DNA from: Hydrolagus affinis
Taxonomy: Eukaryota
NCBI GenBank assembly: GCA_012026655.1
Contig: JAAILG010000900.1
Location: 1-64,000 of the forward strand
DNA length: 64,000 nucleotides
Reading direction: 5' to 3'
Positions within the stretch are counted from its first letter, which is position 1. Each line of letters opens with the position of its first letter. A program made the position numbers and the translations under genes. Under the pieces are notes generated by a model. It saw nothing but the letters and a program-made list of their open reading frames with translations. It did not search any database and was not told where the DNA came from. Below are positions 51,771 to 64,000 of the stretch, piece by piece.

Positions 51771-54700
51771 TTTATTTTGTCATTTATGCAATCTTAAAGT
51801 TGCAAAACACTACACATTGCTTTAATGTAGCTGCAGCAATCTTACATAACCGTCTATTAATCATTCCTTGTTACGTATTATGGTTTATTCATCAACTGCA
51901 GAATTATGAAAATGATCACTTGCCACAAACATTATGCTAATTAAATACCATCTTCACATTCAAATGGAGGCATTGCTGAACAAATTACTAGGCATGTGCT
52001 ATTTGCTAATCTTTGCTGATTAGCAAATTGCCAGTTTGCAAAAATTCAACTTCTGGAAATCTCCAGGCATCAACATTTGCACAGAAATGGTGCAAATATT
52101 GAACAACATCTTCCAGATTTGTTTAGAGTTTGGATTTCAGGTATTTAGCAAAATCGGCAAGTGTTGTACTCAGCCAAACGCAATGTAAAGTATTGTGAAT
52201 GTGGGTATGTGTGTGGTGTGTGTGTTATTTTCCTCATTCACTCACCCATGCACAAACATATATATAGATCTACAAGCATACTTCTAAACACTGTTGCCAC
52301 AGGTAAATGTACAACATTTGATTTGTATACTGTTAAGCTTGGTGATGGGTATTTGCATGTAGAAAATGTCAGTTAGTCAACCATTTGTAGATTTTGTTCA
52401 TATCTCGGCCTTGTTCTTTCAATTCTCTTGGAAATTGACGGTTATGTAAGATTGCTGCAGCTACATGTATGATTTGTTTCTCCCATTTGTTTTTCTACAA
52501 GATATCATTTTCTTTTTAAGCAAAATTTTATTCCATGTCACATTTGTGTTGGTTCGGATGAGCTACCCTCTATTTCTTTTCGACAGATGTCATATTCTTG
52601 TTTGATCCTGATTGTTTCTTTAATTATGGAACATTTATTTCTTCCAGTTTTCATGTTTTTCCATCATTTTAATGCTATCAATGTGGTTTGTTCTGATACA
52701 TTCAACTAAACCAACAATTGTTGATTTATAAGATGCTTCAATTTCAATCAGGCATCTTCCTCCTTTTCTTGGTACAGTATATAAATATGTTGAACATCAG
52801 CTTTCACATTAAGTAGATGATTATTTCCATGTTTTAAAACTCTATCACTTTTATCATTATTATCATCACACTATTATCATTATTATGATTAAATCACACT
52901 ATCAACCCCTCATTGGCAAATTTTCACAAATTCAATATATTCTTTCTCATGACTAGAATGGTCTTTCACTCATGAAATGATTATTGGGATACAAATGACA
53001 ATTTGTTCTCAATTATTGCAGCTAAACACTTAAGAGTTTTACATCTCCAATCTTCTTTTCCTCTAATTTAATCTAAGTATGTTTCAACTTGGGTGTTAAT
53101 GAATCTTATTGTGTTTCATAGAATTTACAGCAGTGTCATAATTACCAAGAGACAAAGAAGTCGACTATTAAAAACTTTAATACTTGAAATAATGGATTAA
53201 CTAATTAGAAAAAAAATGTTCATAATAGCTTCAATTAGCCTGTGAATATTCTGTACAACAATTATTTTTGCTTTGTGCGAATCACTATTTCTTAATAGAT
53301 TTAGAATTGATTTTGAAGTCCGTACTTTTAGTTATAAATTCCACTTTACTGCACAATAATTATGATATATAATTTGTAAGAATTACTATAAGAGTCGTGT
53401 AAACGACCTACCCTGATGGTTTAGTGGGTAAAGAAACTGCCTGATGAGGACTAAGTTACATAGGCCAGACTTGCCTCCACTTACCTAGGATCAGCGCCTT
53501 TGGACGTCCTCTCGACGTGAAAGGCACTATATAAATTTAAGTTTTGATTGATTGATCTTACCTGGGGCAGGGCATTATTGGCTAGGCAGAATATTTATGG
53601 AACTCTAGCCTGGATGCTCTTAATTATAGTTACTCATTGCACTTGACTGTGAAAAGATATGTAAACACGCTACAATTTGCCAATAAGTCCTACAGCCATT
53701 TTTAGCATATACACCTGGACAGTGAGTCCCCACAAACGATTCAACTGTCCAGGATGGAGAATTCATGTAGGAAATTAATGATGCCTTCCTTGTTCTGAGT
53801 GTACAACAACTTCCATTTATATAGCAAGCGCCCTTCACAAAGGATAATGTCTCAGGGCGCTTCATAATGGCTGGGCCAGACACTAAGCAAGGAACAATTG
53901 GAAGGATAGTGAGGAAGGGGAAAGATAGGAGATAACACTGTTCCCAAATAGAGGCTAGAAGCAATTATCGTCCCCTGCAAGTGTAAATAGACATGTTCAT
54001 TACCTTCCACCCCATCTTACGATTTGATGTTCTTCGCTTATTGTTGTGTTTAAAATACCTCGTAGAGACGGAGTTTTGGTTCGAGTTGGCAGTCTTTTTC
54101 CTTGCATGCTACCGTTGCCATAGTGACAGGTAGGATGCGGGCAGATATGAGATCCAGCGTGAGGGTGTTTGTTACGTTCATGTCAGCTATGTAGCGCAGG
54201 CATAATTTGTTTGTGGTACCGATGCCACATAAAGCTGAGCAGCAGTTATGAGAACCATGTTGCCAGGGTTACAGTTGGCTAAGCGCCAGCACACAGCTGT
54301 TTGGATGTTTTGTTTGTTCGAATGCTGTCGTCTCACTTTAAGGCACATTTGGTGAGGCTGTTATCGCACATACATGAGACGCATTCCATAATTTCCAAAC
54401 TTGTGATGACAGCTATTTGCTGCACAGTGTTACTAGTCACACTTATTGTATAATCAAAATTTCCTGCCTCCAGCACATGTTTCCCTCTCAGCTTGTCCCT
54501 TGCCGTTCAATGTACCATTTTGCTAAGCTTTGTTTTTTGCTCATTTGAAAATACAGTACTGGGATGTAACCCAATATGGCCAGTTATAATCTGGTTTATT
54601 TTCCAAATATATTTCCTTTGCAAAAATGATACTGACAAGCAAACATGTTTTTTCTTCAAAATAAACTTAAATTATTTTCTTATTCTCTGCCAGTTGGTTT

Positions 54701-54985
54701 CAGATATTCACCTAGCGAGCGCTACTTTGTTTGGTAGGAAAAACATTTTTGTTTTCAAGCCTGTTCAATACTGAAATGTGGTCATAGTTAAGAATGTAAC
54801 CATTCAATCCAATGATCAGTTTAGCACAGCTAACAACAACTTGCGTTTTTATAGCACCCTTTGCATCATGTAGGATTTTGGATTAGTTAACCAACTACAA
54901 AATAAAGTCTCTCCGATCAGGGATCAATTTTGGGGAAAGCAGATTGAATTCTGTTTCTTCAGAATGATCTGAAATCTAACATTTC

Positions 54986-55215
54986 AGCAGCACTCTTGCT
55001 TCTGAGTCAGAAGGTTGTGGTTTCAAGTCTCACATCAGAACTTTGAGCTCAAAGCCCAGCCAGACACTATTGACTTGAAAGGCACAATACAAATGTAATT
55101 TCATGTTGTTTTGTTGTATTACAGTTCTGGAGGAATTCTATATTGTTAAAGATCATATCCCATGGATGAAACATTGAACTGAGGTCCTGTCTGCCTGTTT
55201 TGTTGGCATTTTGAG
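54986..55215 (+). mobile_element. SacSINE1-like 5' half with an inserted L2-type tail (~55070-55115)
   Basis: AGCACTCTTGCTTCTGAGTCAGAAGGTTGTGGTTTCAAGTC...GGATGAAACATTGAACTGAGGTCCTGTCTGCC. Confidence 0.75.
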
Positions 55216-56139
55216 ATGACGTCCCACCATGAAAGGTACTGCAACAACACAAAATTACATTTATATAGTGTGTTTCACAGTTAAGGTATATCCCTATAAT
55301 CAAATATTAGTATTATTACAGAGAAGGATGTGGATATCTCTAGTTGTAACCACTTTAATATCTTGGTTCATTATTATTACTCATTTGTGCACCCATTTGA
55401 ATTTTGAAATGCTTATCCATGGGTTTGGATTTCTAATTTTTTATTTTAGAAAGATAAATTCTGCATTTGAAAAAGGAAGGAATATTGGGAGTAGACACTG
55501 ATTGTAATCCCATTTAAACTATTGAATGCGAGCAAGATTTACCTTTACAAACCTTACAGTCTCTAACAGACTCAGGAAGGTTGTTCACACTTCATACAGG
55601 GGAGAACAAAACAGTTAAACACTGTTGTGTTACTCTGTATGATGTGTGAATTTAACTCATCACTCTGTATGAGGTGCGAATCAGCTACTGCAATTGTGAT
55701 TAAATAAAATGAAGACAATGCCCAACAGAAATATCATGCAGTCAACTCCTGGGTTAAATTCATGTGCAGAAACTTCGCAAGGCCATTTTGACGCAATTGA
55801 CAAAATAATAATAATAATTGATCTGTCACTTTCTCACATCATCAGAACATGTCAAAGTGCTTCACAGGATCTGTAAAGTGCAGTGCCTGTGTATTTGTAT
55901 TTGCACACAGCAATATCCCACAAATACTCATGAAGCAAATGATCAATTTTATTTGGAGAATTGTAGGCCAGGTTATAGCGAGAAACTTTTTCCAAGAACT
56001 CTAAACTAACACTCCAATGCAGTGGTTTAGGCATTTCAATATGACATTAAACCAAGGTCTTGTCTGCCTATTTATGTGAAAGAAAGTATCTCCCAGTTTC
56101 CTACCCAACAATCCCTTTGGGAAAATTGTTCATTAACTT

Positions 56140-56339
56140 TACCTGAAAAGGTGGTGGAGGCCGATTCGATAACAACTTTTAAAAGAGAGGTAGACGTTTA
56201 TTTGGGGAGGATGGGTTTGCGTGGTTATGGGGAGAGAGCAAGGGAGTGGGATTGAATTGCTCTTTTCAAAGAGCCGGCACAGACTCGATGGGCCGAATGG
56301 CCTCCTTTTGTGCTGTAAGATTCTTTGATTCTATAATTC
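56140..56339 (+). mobile_element. Well-preserved CR1 3' end inserted in a SacSINE1-like copy (~56009-56425)
   Basis: LPEKVVEADSITTFKREVDVYL, then GATGGGCCGAATGGCCTCCT...ATTCTTTGATTCTAT. TAACTT lies on both sides (56134-56139 and 56340-56345). Confidence 0.9.
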
Positions 56340-59300
56340 TAACTTCAAGCCATTAGTGGGACATTGTTGTAAAGCACTTTGAGACATCTTCCCAATGTGA
56401 AAGGTGTATTATCGAACGTATGGATTTGGTTAAAAGAAAGTTAGTAATGACAAAATTTGATTTGCCACAGGTTTAAAACACACATGGTCAGAAATTTCTA
56501 TCATGTGAGGTGACTTGCTTCGTTCCCTATGATCGTTTTGATCATGATCCTTTGAGGGTTTTTTTTACATATGTATATTTAATCTTACAAAATGGATGTA
56601 TGAAACATATTTTGAGATTCTCTAAATCTTGAGTTTACAATGAATTTTCAGTATTATCTGAGATCATATATATGTCTCCCAGTCACTTTCATAACAGTTT
56701 CTATTCTTTGTTGCAGCAGTTATGCAACCTTCCACAGATCCATGAACTCACGTGACATAACGTAAAATCGATCCCTGAAAAATCCTCACAATTATACACA
56801 TAATAATTATTATGATAATGCAACAACTTTACAAACAACTTTATATATTTTATCTTGAAAGCTTATAATATTCAACAATGTGTAGCCTTTAAATGGAATA
56901 TAAACGTGTACTTTTTAATTCTTCAGAAAACCTGAATAAAACGCCTGTAAATCTTGAAGGCTTTGTTTGCCACTGGCTCACAATCATTTTGCTGGCGCTG
57001 TATCTAATAACTTGTCTGTGTGAACCTCTCCACTGATGCATGTGGGAAAATCCCTGAGATTTCCAATCTGTGTATTTTTTTAAAAAAATTTAACCATCCT
57101 TCAAACTGAATTAACAACAGTAGCTAAAAATGTTCTTGAGTTCTGAGCTCTCTGTCACATGCAAACCCGACAGACACCTGTTATTGCTGTTTCCCACGAA
57201 TAAACTGATATTACATATCCCTTTCCCACAATATTTCGGTTGATGTAATGTAATAGTTAAATTAATGCTTTGATGATGTGTAATAGTTTAGGTGTATCTC
57301 AGATTGTAAAGCAGACAGCTTGTATTTCTGCACGGAGTCAGCAAAGGTTTCAATGCCTGAATACTGAAATACATGGTCAGGTAATGCATTGATAGCACTG
57401 TGTGTGTGATAGCTGCAATTTTCAGATGAATATAGCATATTCAAGTGGCTCTGGCACTTACTGAAAGGAAAATTTTCTCAAAAGCCTCGGGATGATGGTA
57501 ATGAAAACCTCATCTGTCATATTTAGAACTGATACCGGACGGACAGATGATCTTATTTTCCCCGAAAAGGTGACGCCCAGGAGTAACCAGAAGCCTGACT
57601 GCCTCTCTATTAGCTTTGACAGAGTGCAGTTAACTGCTGTTAGATGGAGCCCCTTTCCCTCATCATTCATGTTTAGGTGCCACCTTTGAGGTTAGGGATT
57701 TGAGACTAGCCTATTTCAATGAATTTCCCATTTTCATTCGCCTCCCTCGCCTATCCTCACGGTCATCTTTCATTAATAACAATTAAACTTTGCACAAAGT
57801 GAGATTACGGCTTGCCAAATGTAAAATATGAATGTGCTACTGTATTTGCATTGTCTCCAGAAGCTACGTAGAATGAAATGCTAGCAGCCTAAGCAATCAA
57901 AAAAACAGCCTATAGCCGTACTTAGTTGAGTGGCTTACTAACACCACAGTCTGGTGGTAATCAACATGTGAAGTGGACTCATGGCTGGTTACCATGACTT
58001 ATGGACAGTTTCAAAATGTATTGTGTACAATTATTAAATAATCTACGCACTTGCTAAAACGCTTTGGTTTTATGCCAGGTCAGTTATATTTATAAATGTC
58101 AATTTTTCTTTGTTTTTCAGTTTTACATTTTGACAAACACGGTATACCCTGGGCAAGTATCAGCTTTTTTTTATGCTGACAAAAGGCTTGTTTTCTCGTG
58201 CATGTGAAAGTTAGCTGTTGCAGACTGGCCCCTAGCTTGTTGTTTTAATGACGACTGCTTTTAGACTGGCAGAAATGTAAAGTTCACAATTATCCGCAGT
58301 ACAAGCATTTATTATTTACATTCTTGTAAGTTAACGTGTCTGTTCATTATGGATACATGTCTGAACTTCTTGTTTTAATAGCACACTAACTCCGGGTCAA
58401 CTCCTGACCAAGTTTTCCGCTCAGCCATATTGTCTATTCTGTTCAGCTATTTAAAAAATGTTGAATATCAACAATGGCTTTCAATGGGGTATTGTCGACT
58501 TTTGTATGAACCAATCTTGGTTGAATGAGAAGATTTCAGTCCTGTAGTTCTTTCACTGCACAGCATTGGAACATCTTCTTCAGTATGAGGGAGTGAGTTT
58601 GATAAATGGACAAGTTTCTGTCCTCCCTCATCCTATCCATATCTGAGCTCTCCGCACCATGAAATAATGGCACACCTTTGTAGGGGAGGAAGTGATGAGA
58701 ATTTCTGTACACATTAAAAGGAAATTAACACATTTCAATGGTAAGTGCTTCTTTCATTGGCATTAATACTCTGAAACTAGGCAATTTGATTAAGTTCACC
58801 GTGATGCATTTTTTTGGGAGGGGTAGTACACCAGCTATCTGTTGAGCTTTTCCTGTTCTGTCATTGTTCAGAAAGTGTACTTAGCCTTCGTACACATAGG
58901 TGGTAAGGCACTAAGAAGCGTGAGGAAAAAAATGACTGAGTGTAGGACAGTGATAAAGTACCACCACCTGATCCAGTTCTCATGCTACAAGCAGATTTAT
59001 TGAAAACAGAAAATCAGTATGTGAAAGCTAATGAGAAAGGGAAAATAGAGTCTGCAATTTATGTAACATATTGTCAATTAGCCTCAGTGTTCAGTTACAG
59101 GAAGCAAACAATATGATTTAACGTGTTCTACTCATAAGCATTCTACAGTATGAGACAACGATATGTAATGCAGTACTACCTCTGCTATAGTTTTGTTTTT
59201 GAGCACACCAGATACAACAGTAATTTTGTTAGTTCATCTAATGGACCATTTTGAAATGCTCTTTTTCAGCTTGGAAAATAATCACTGAGTTCCAATAACT

Positions 59301-59756
59301 ATAAAAGCTTCTTGTGTACATATTTTGAAGTATCAACACGGGACAATTTTTCACTGTAAGAGGCTGAAATGAAATGATACCTTGCTTGGTAAAAGTGAAA
59401 CTTTTAAAGCTTTATCTCAATACAAGTTTTTAGAAATGATGTTATTGAAAATAAAAATATAACCATGTGGTAATATTTGGAAATAGTGAGGCTATTTTCT
59501 GAATGTTGAAGTGAGATGTAGCGGAGGCAAAAAAACACAGGAAGAAAAGTTCCAATAAGAAAAATAGTTTCAACAATTTTATTTTAAAAATTGCAGTGTG
59601 TGGTTGTTGCGCTAACAGAGAAAGTAACAGTTGCCAAGTATTCTAAAAACATTGTAATCTGCAGAAAGAATGACTGACATTTGGGAAGCAATTCAACTAG
59701 TTTATTATTATTTTATATTATAATAAATAACATTATAATAATAAAAAAAGATTTTA

Positions 59757-59865
59757 TAGAATAATAATAATCCTTGCATTGTATATAGCATCTTACCATG
59801 TCTTGACAATGTCTCAAAGCACTTTGCAGAATGTACTCGGAAGTAATGTGACTGTGTATCTTTTG
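59757..59865 (-). mobile_element. SINE/L2-type tail
   Basis: (AAT)n CCTTGCATTGTATATAGC...GTCTCAAAGCACTT. Confidence 0.75.
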
Positions 59866-60419
59866 TAGGCACTTATCTACCAATGAGATTGATCAGCTGC
59901 TTCCAGAACCTTCATATTCGAAACAAACATTATGCAATCCAAATTCTGCCTGATTTTTCCTAATTAATTTGTTTTTGTTTGTTTTACTTCAAATCCAAAC
60001 TGTTTTCATTTTTGTTTCTACTTTACTGCCTGTGGTATACAAATATAATTTGTTTTTGTTGTTCAGCAAGTAAATGGTTCATGCAGAGACTCCCAAGATA
60101 TTGTGAGTTATATTAGAGTTACGGTGTTGTGAATTTACTAGCAAATAGGATCATAAATGTAGTTGATGGAAAGAAACCAATAAACATAATTTCAGTTGCT
60201 GAACATTTGGTGTTTTCATCAGATCTGCCAATTTATTTTTAATAGGGTTTTTATTTACCGTGGATAAAAAGGTACACCAGCAGCATAAGCATGGTATGTT
60301 AACACAACCACCGTCAAATATCATCTATAAGATGTATTCAGCTAGAAAAATAACAGAATACAGTAAAACAGTAAATTGGTACTCAAATATATTGAAGATT
60401 CACTATAAATAGGTTATAC

Positions 60420-60726
60420 GTGGAGTCCTGTTGCTCAGTGGTTAGACCAATCGCCTTACAAGCAAGAGAACTGGGTTTGATTCCAGCCTGGGTGAAACCT
60501 TGAGCAAATTTACTTACTCCACACACCTGATAATAATAATACTTAAAGAAAAAATACAATAATAAATTGGACATTCAATCCATGACTGTTCGTGGGACAC
60601 TGCTGTGTGCATTTGATTGCTGCCCACAAATATACAGTCAATTCACTTTACGGTATATTCGGTGAAGCGCTTTGAGACATCTAGAAGACGTAAAAAGTGT
60701 GATATCAAATACAATGATTATTATTA
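60420..60726 (+). mobile_element. SINE-A, full length
   Basis: GTGGAGTCCTGTTGCTCAGTGGTTAG...GAAGCGCTTTGAGACATCTAGAAGACGT...(TTA)n. Confidence 0.92.
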
Positions 60727-61499
60727 CTTAATAGCTATTTATTTGCGAAAAAAAAGCGAAAGCGTTTCAGCTGATCTATTTTTGATTTCTGAGTCAACTT
60801 ATGATTGGAAATGTGCCAACATTTTAACATACAACATAATATGTACCACTCTATTGTTGACGTCATATACATGCTATTGTTACAGTTACAAATTAATGTT
60901 CTTTTTCTCCACTTCTCCTTTTGTGAGAGTGTTGATTCTTAATGGGGTTCACTTTCTTGGATGACAGCATCATTCTGACACCTTGCAAAGCCATTCTTCA
61001 TATGTGCGGTAGAAAATTAATGTTAACAGATTTGGGTGGTGATGGGCAGAGGGGAATGTGGCAAGATGCTACAACCAATGCCTGATTCTGACATTCACAC
61101 TCGGGCATATTCTGGAAGCTGGAATCCTGCTTTTTCCCCTCTCTTTCCCTTCTACAACTGAGGCGTTCCGAGGTCGGCTGTTTTAGTCCGACTGACACTT
61201 GCGAAAGCAGGATTCACTGGGATTGGGAGTTTCTAGTCTTTGGCTTAATGCTATTCTGGTGTGGAGTGCTTTGACCCAGTATCCAATGGCGAAACTAGTA
61301 GATCTGAAGATCTATTGTAAAGGCTACCTATCACTGTGATGCATAATACCACCAGTGGCCACAACCCAACCACTATAAGAAATATTTTCCTATGGTTTTG
61401 CATTCTGTGCATTTTATAAGTAATCATATTACTTATTGTTTCGATGTTTTTGAATTTGTTTTCTGTTGGAATAATAAGAATTACTTCAATACTTAAGTC

Positions 61500-61640
61500 A
61501 AAGAATCTCACAGAGTGTTATAGCATGGAAACAGGCCATTTAACCCATGTCATCTAGGCTGGTGTTTCTATTCACATGAGACTCTACTACTAATCCTCCC
61601 TCCCATATCCATCTATTCCTTTCTGCCTCATGTATGTATT
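61500..61640 (-). mobile_element. CR1 3' UTR fragment
   Basis: CACAGAGTGTTATAGCATGGAAACAGGCCATTTAACCCAT...CCCATATCC. Confidence 0.65.
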
Positions 61641-62894
61641 AATGGAGTTATTTAATCCAGCAGTACACTAAGTCAGGCTGTGAAAAATGTTGCAGTAAAG
61701 AAATAGATAGAAGTTGAAGGGAAACGTTTCAAACATCCTGTTGACCCAACCTTCCAAGTATATCGAACATTTTCAGGTTCTATTTTCAGCTTTCAAACTG
61801 AGATTTGTCTTACTTTTATTTGTAAGATTAATTCATTATCGTAGCCAACTGCAATCATAACTTTACAATCGTTAACAACTTTTGTATGGCCTGTAGATTC
61901 ATGACCTTTACAATACAGTTTCAGACCAGGACCAATAGTCATTATATTCTCCTTTATCTTTGTCTTTCTCCTTTTCATTAAGCTGGTCAAGGTTGCCATT
62001 ATGTTTCCTAGACTCCTTATCCATTATCCTGTCACCAGACCGGGCAGAGTTACTCTAACCTCACTGTCTGTGTAAAGTGGAGAAACCAAAGCTAATGAAA
62101 TCATCAGTAACCTGAAGCTAATTATTTCAGACAGTAGTTAATTAAATACTTTCCAAGGTGCAGTAAGTACCTAAGCTAATTAAGGTTCTTCAATAATACC
62201 CTCAGTGACATAAGGAATATATGCCTATTATCTCCATTATCAGCAATGTTTGACAGTCTCAGTATGTCACTTTCACAAAAAAACAGTTTGATGAAGTAGA
62301 AGAATAATTATGCATTTATAAAACCTAGTTTGTTTCCTTTTACAAAGCTTATATGCATGTGCCGTTAATTAGGATGGCAAGAATTAACTTCTGTGAAACT
62401 ACCAGTTTTTCTATTAGTATGCAAACCATTGCCATTATATTAATTATTATGACAAGCGCAGATACAATACTGATACAATTAATCAAATAGAAGGATTCAT
62501 AGTTAATTATTTTTACTAAACTGATGAAAAGTCCTGAGTTACCTGGCACTTGTTTTAGCTTTTGTTCTCAACGTCAAAATCTATTTCCATAATAATTTAT
62601 ACCAAGTCAGTTCACCACATTTATTTCACACAAAACATTTTAAAAATCTGTTTAATACTCCAAAAGAATCAAACCAACCGTTGAAATGTTTTCATGATAG
62701 AGTTAATATACAATAAGACGTAATGTTCTTTTTGGAACCTGCAATTGTTTCAAATATTGATTCCCTTTGCCTCCATAGTCTTCAATCTTCCTCCACCAGT
62801 TTTCTTCTCTACTAAATTGTTTACTTTTCCCATCTTCTGCTCCACAATTCTGCACCGCAGATTATCCTCCCAATATCTCACCCAAGTGACTATT

Positions 62895-63030
62895 ATTCTT
62901 ATGTGAGTCTTAATAGTGAATGTTGGCATTTTTGTCGAGGTTTAGGCTGATTCTCTTGCAGTCTGACACCTGCAATGTTAAAGGTGGACCAGCAGTGAAC
63001 ACAGGGGTCAGGAATGGGAATTCTTGCTAA
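62895..63030 (-). mobile_element. AmnSINE2-like remnant
   Basis: ATGTGAGTCTTAATAGTGAATGTTGGCA...TCAGGAATGGGAATTCTTGCT. Confidence 0.45.
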
Positions 63031-64000
63031 AGTGAGGCATGAGCAGAACAGGGTAATCATTTCAGGGGATGTTTTGGCGTTGGATAAATACCTATTTCTT
63101 TTTTTTTGTGTTGGGGTATTTTATCAGAAGTTTTAGTTTAAAACTGAAAATCAGAAGCATTAATTATTCAGTAAAGGGTTCAACAGTTTATGATTAATCA
63201 CATGGGAAGGTCCCAGTCTCAGGAGGAATGGAAGGACTGTGGATGACAGGCTGGTCGTTTGACTAAGAAGAAAGAAGGAGAAAGGGTTGCTTCAGCTGAC
63301 AGTTGCATCTCTGAGGAGGATACTCGGAAGGCAAAAAGTTCTTGGCTGTGAGAACTTTTTCTGCCCACTCTTTTAGGCTACCGATAGTGAATCAGAATAG
63401 CACCCAAAACAAAGGGGGACGTCATACGAAAATAGATACTTGAGCAGCTTCTAACGTGTAAACAGCAGGAAAAAAACAATGTCCCTTTGAAATTCCACCC
63501 CAAAATATCTTTATTGTGAAAACTATTGCACTGTTGCCCTCTATGCTGCAAATAGATAATGTCACCCTGGAAATCTACCAACATTTGGAAATACTACTTC
63601 TGTTATTGATTCAAATTATGTTTAAAAATACCACTCATAAGACAAAAAAATCAGAATATCAGCAAGATATAAACTAATGCAGTATGTGGTATCACAGGAC
63701 TAGCAGTGGTGAACACTTAAATGGCCTTGGAACAGATTACATAACCTATACACTGTGTGTACATAGAGATCATAATCTGTATTAGCATAGACTGACACTG
63801 GAAACCTTTGTATCTATTCTTTTCAAAGTGTGTTTGTATACTCTGAGTGTAATTACAGGACAATCTGTTTAGGTCTTGGCATTTTGACTAATAGAGGGTC
63901 ATCAGTAAGGATTGTGGTGTGGTCCCTTAGCTCAGATGTAATATCAAAATGGACGTTTCTGCTAAATGTTAAAATGCTTCCTATATACCGATGGGAAAAT

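Noticed and set aside
52001-52028. Hairpin ATTTGCTAATC-N6-GATTAGCAAAT
   Set aside because: Too short for a pre-miRNA and near chance expectation in AT-rich DNA.
57458-57689. Antiparallel ORFs as coding exons
   Set aside because: Short and without family resemblance; better treated as possible non-coding conservation.
61122-61215. 12-bp inverted repeat GAATCCTGCTTT/AAAGCAGGATTC
   Set aside because: It lies in a decayed AmnSINE2-like remnant (~61060-61250) and is probably coincidental.
1-64000. Prokaryotic systems (CRISPR arrays, operons, defence islands)
   Set aside because: The sequence is vertebrate non-coding DNA; the recurring units are dispersed retroposon tails, not regularly spaced repeats.

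Overview
AT-rich, non-coding eukaryotic DNA that reads as a large intron or a gene desert. The repeat repertoire points to a cartilaginous fish, possibly a holocephalan (inference). I recognise no host protein-coding exon; the ORF track looks like chance ORFs and repeat read-through. The only clear coding remnant is an L2-clade reverse-transcriptase fragment at the left edge. The window holds three SINE groups: a young ~310-bp tRNA-derived SINE with an L2-type (TTA)n tail, an older SacSINE1/Deu-SINE-like family, and an older AmnSINE2-like family. It also holds CR1 3' ends, short L2 tails, Penelope-like ends, a Tigger-like MITE and a ~440-bp diverged palindrome. Repeat-poor blocks between them resemble conserved non-coding elements. 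Most worth checking: the long palindrome, a fossil minimal hammerhead ribozyme in a Penelope end, a co-varying 3' stem-loop shared by L2-mobilised tails, frequent repeat-in-repeat nesting, and one symmetric 243-nt exon candidate. Family names come from recalled consensus sequences, not database searches, and boundaries of old repeats are approximate. I found no convincing evidence of a new biological system.
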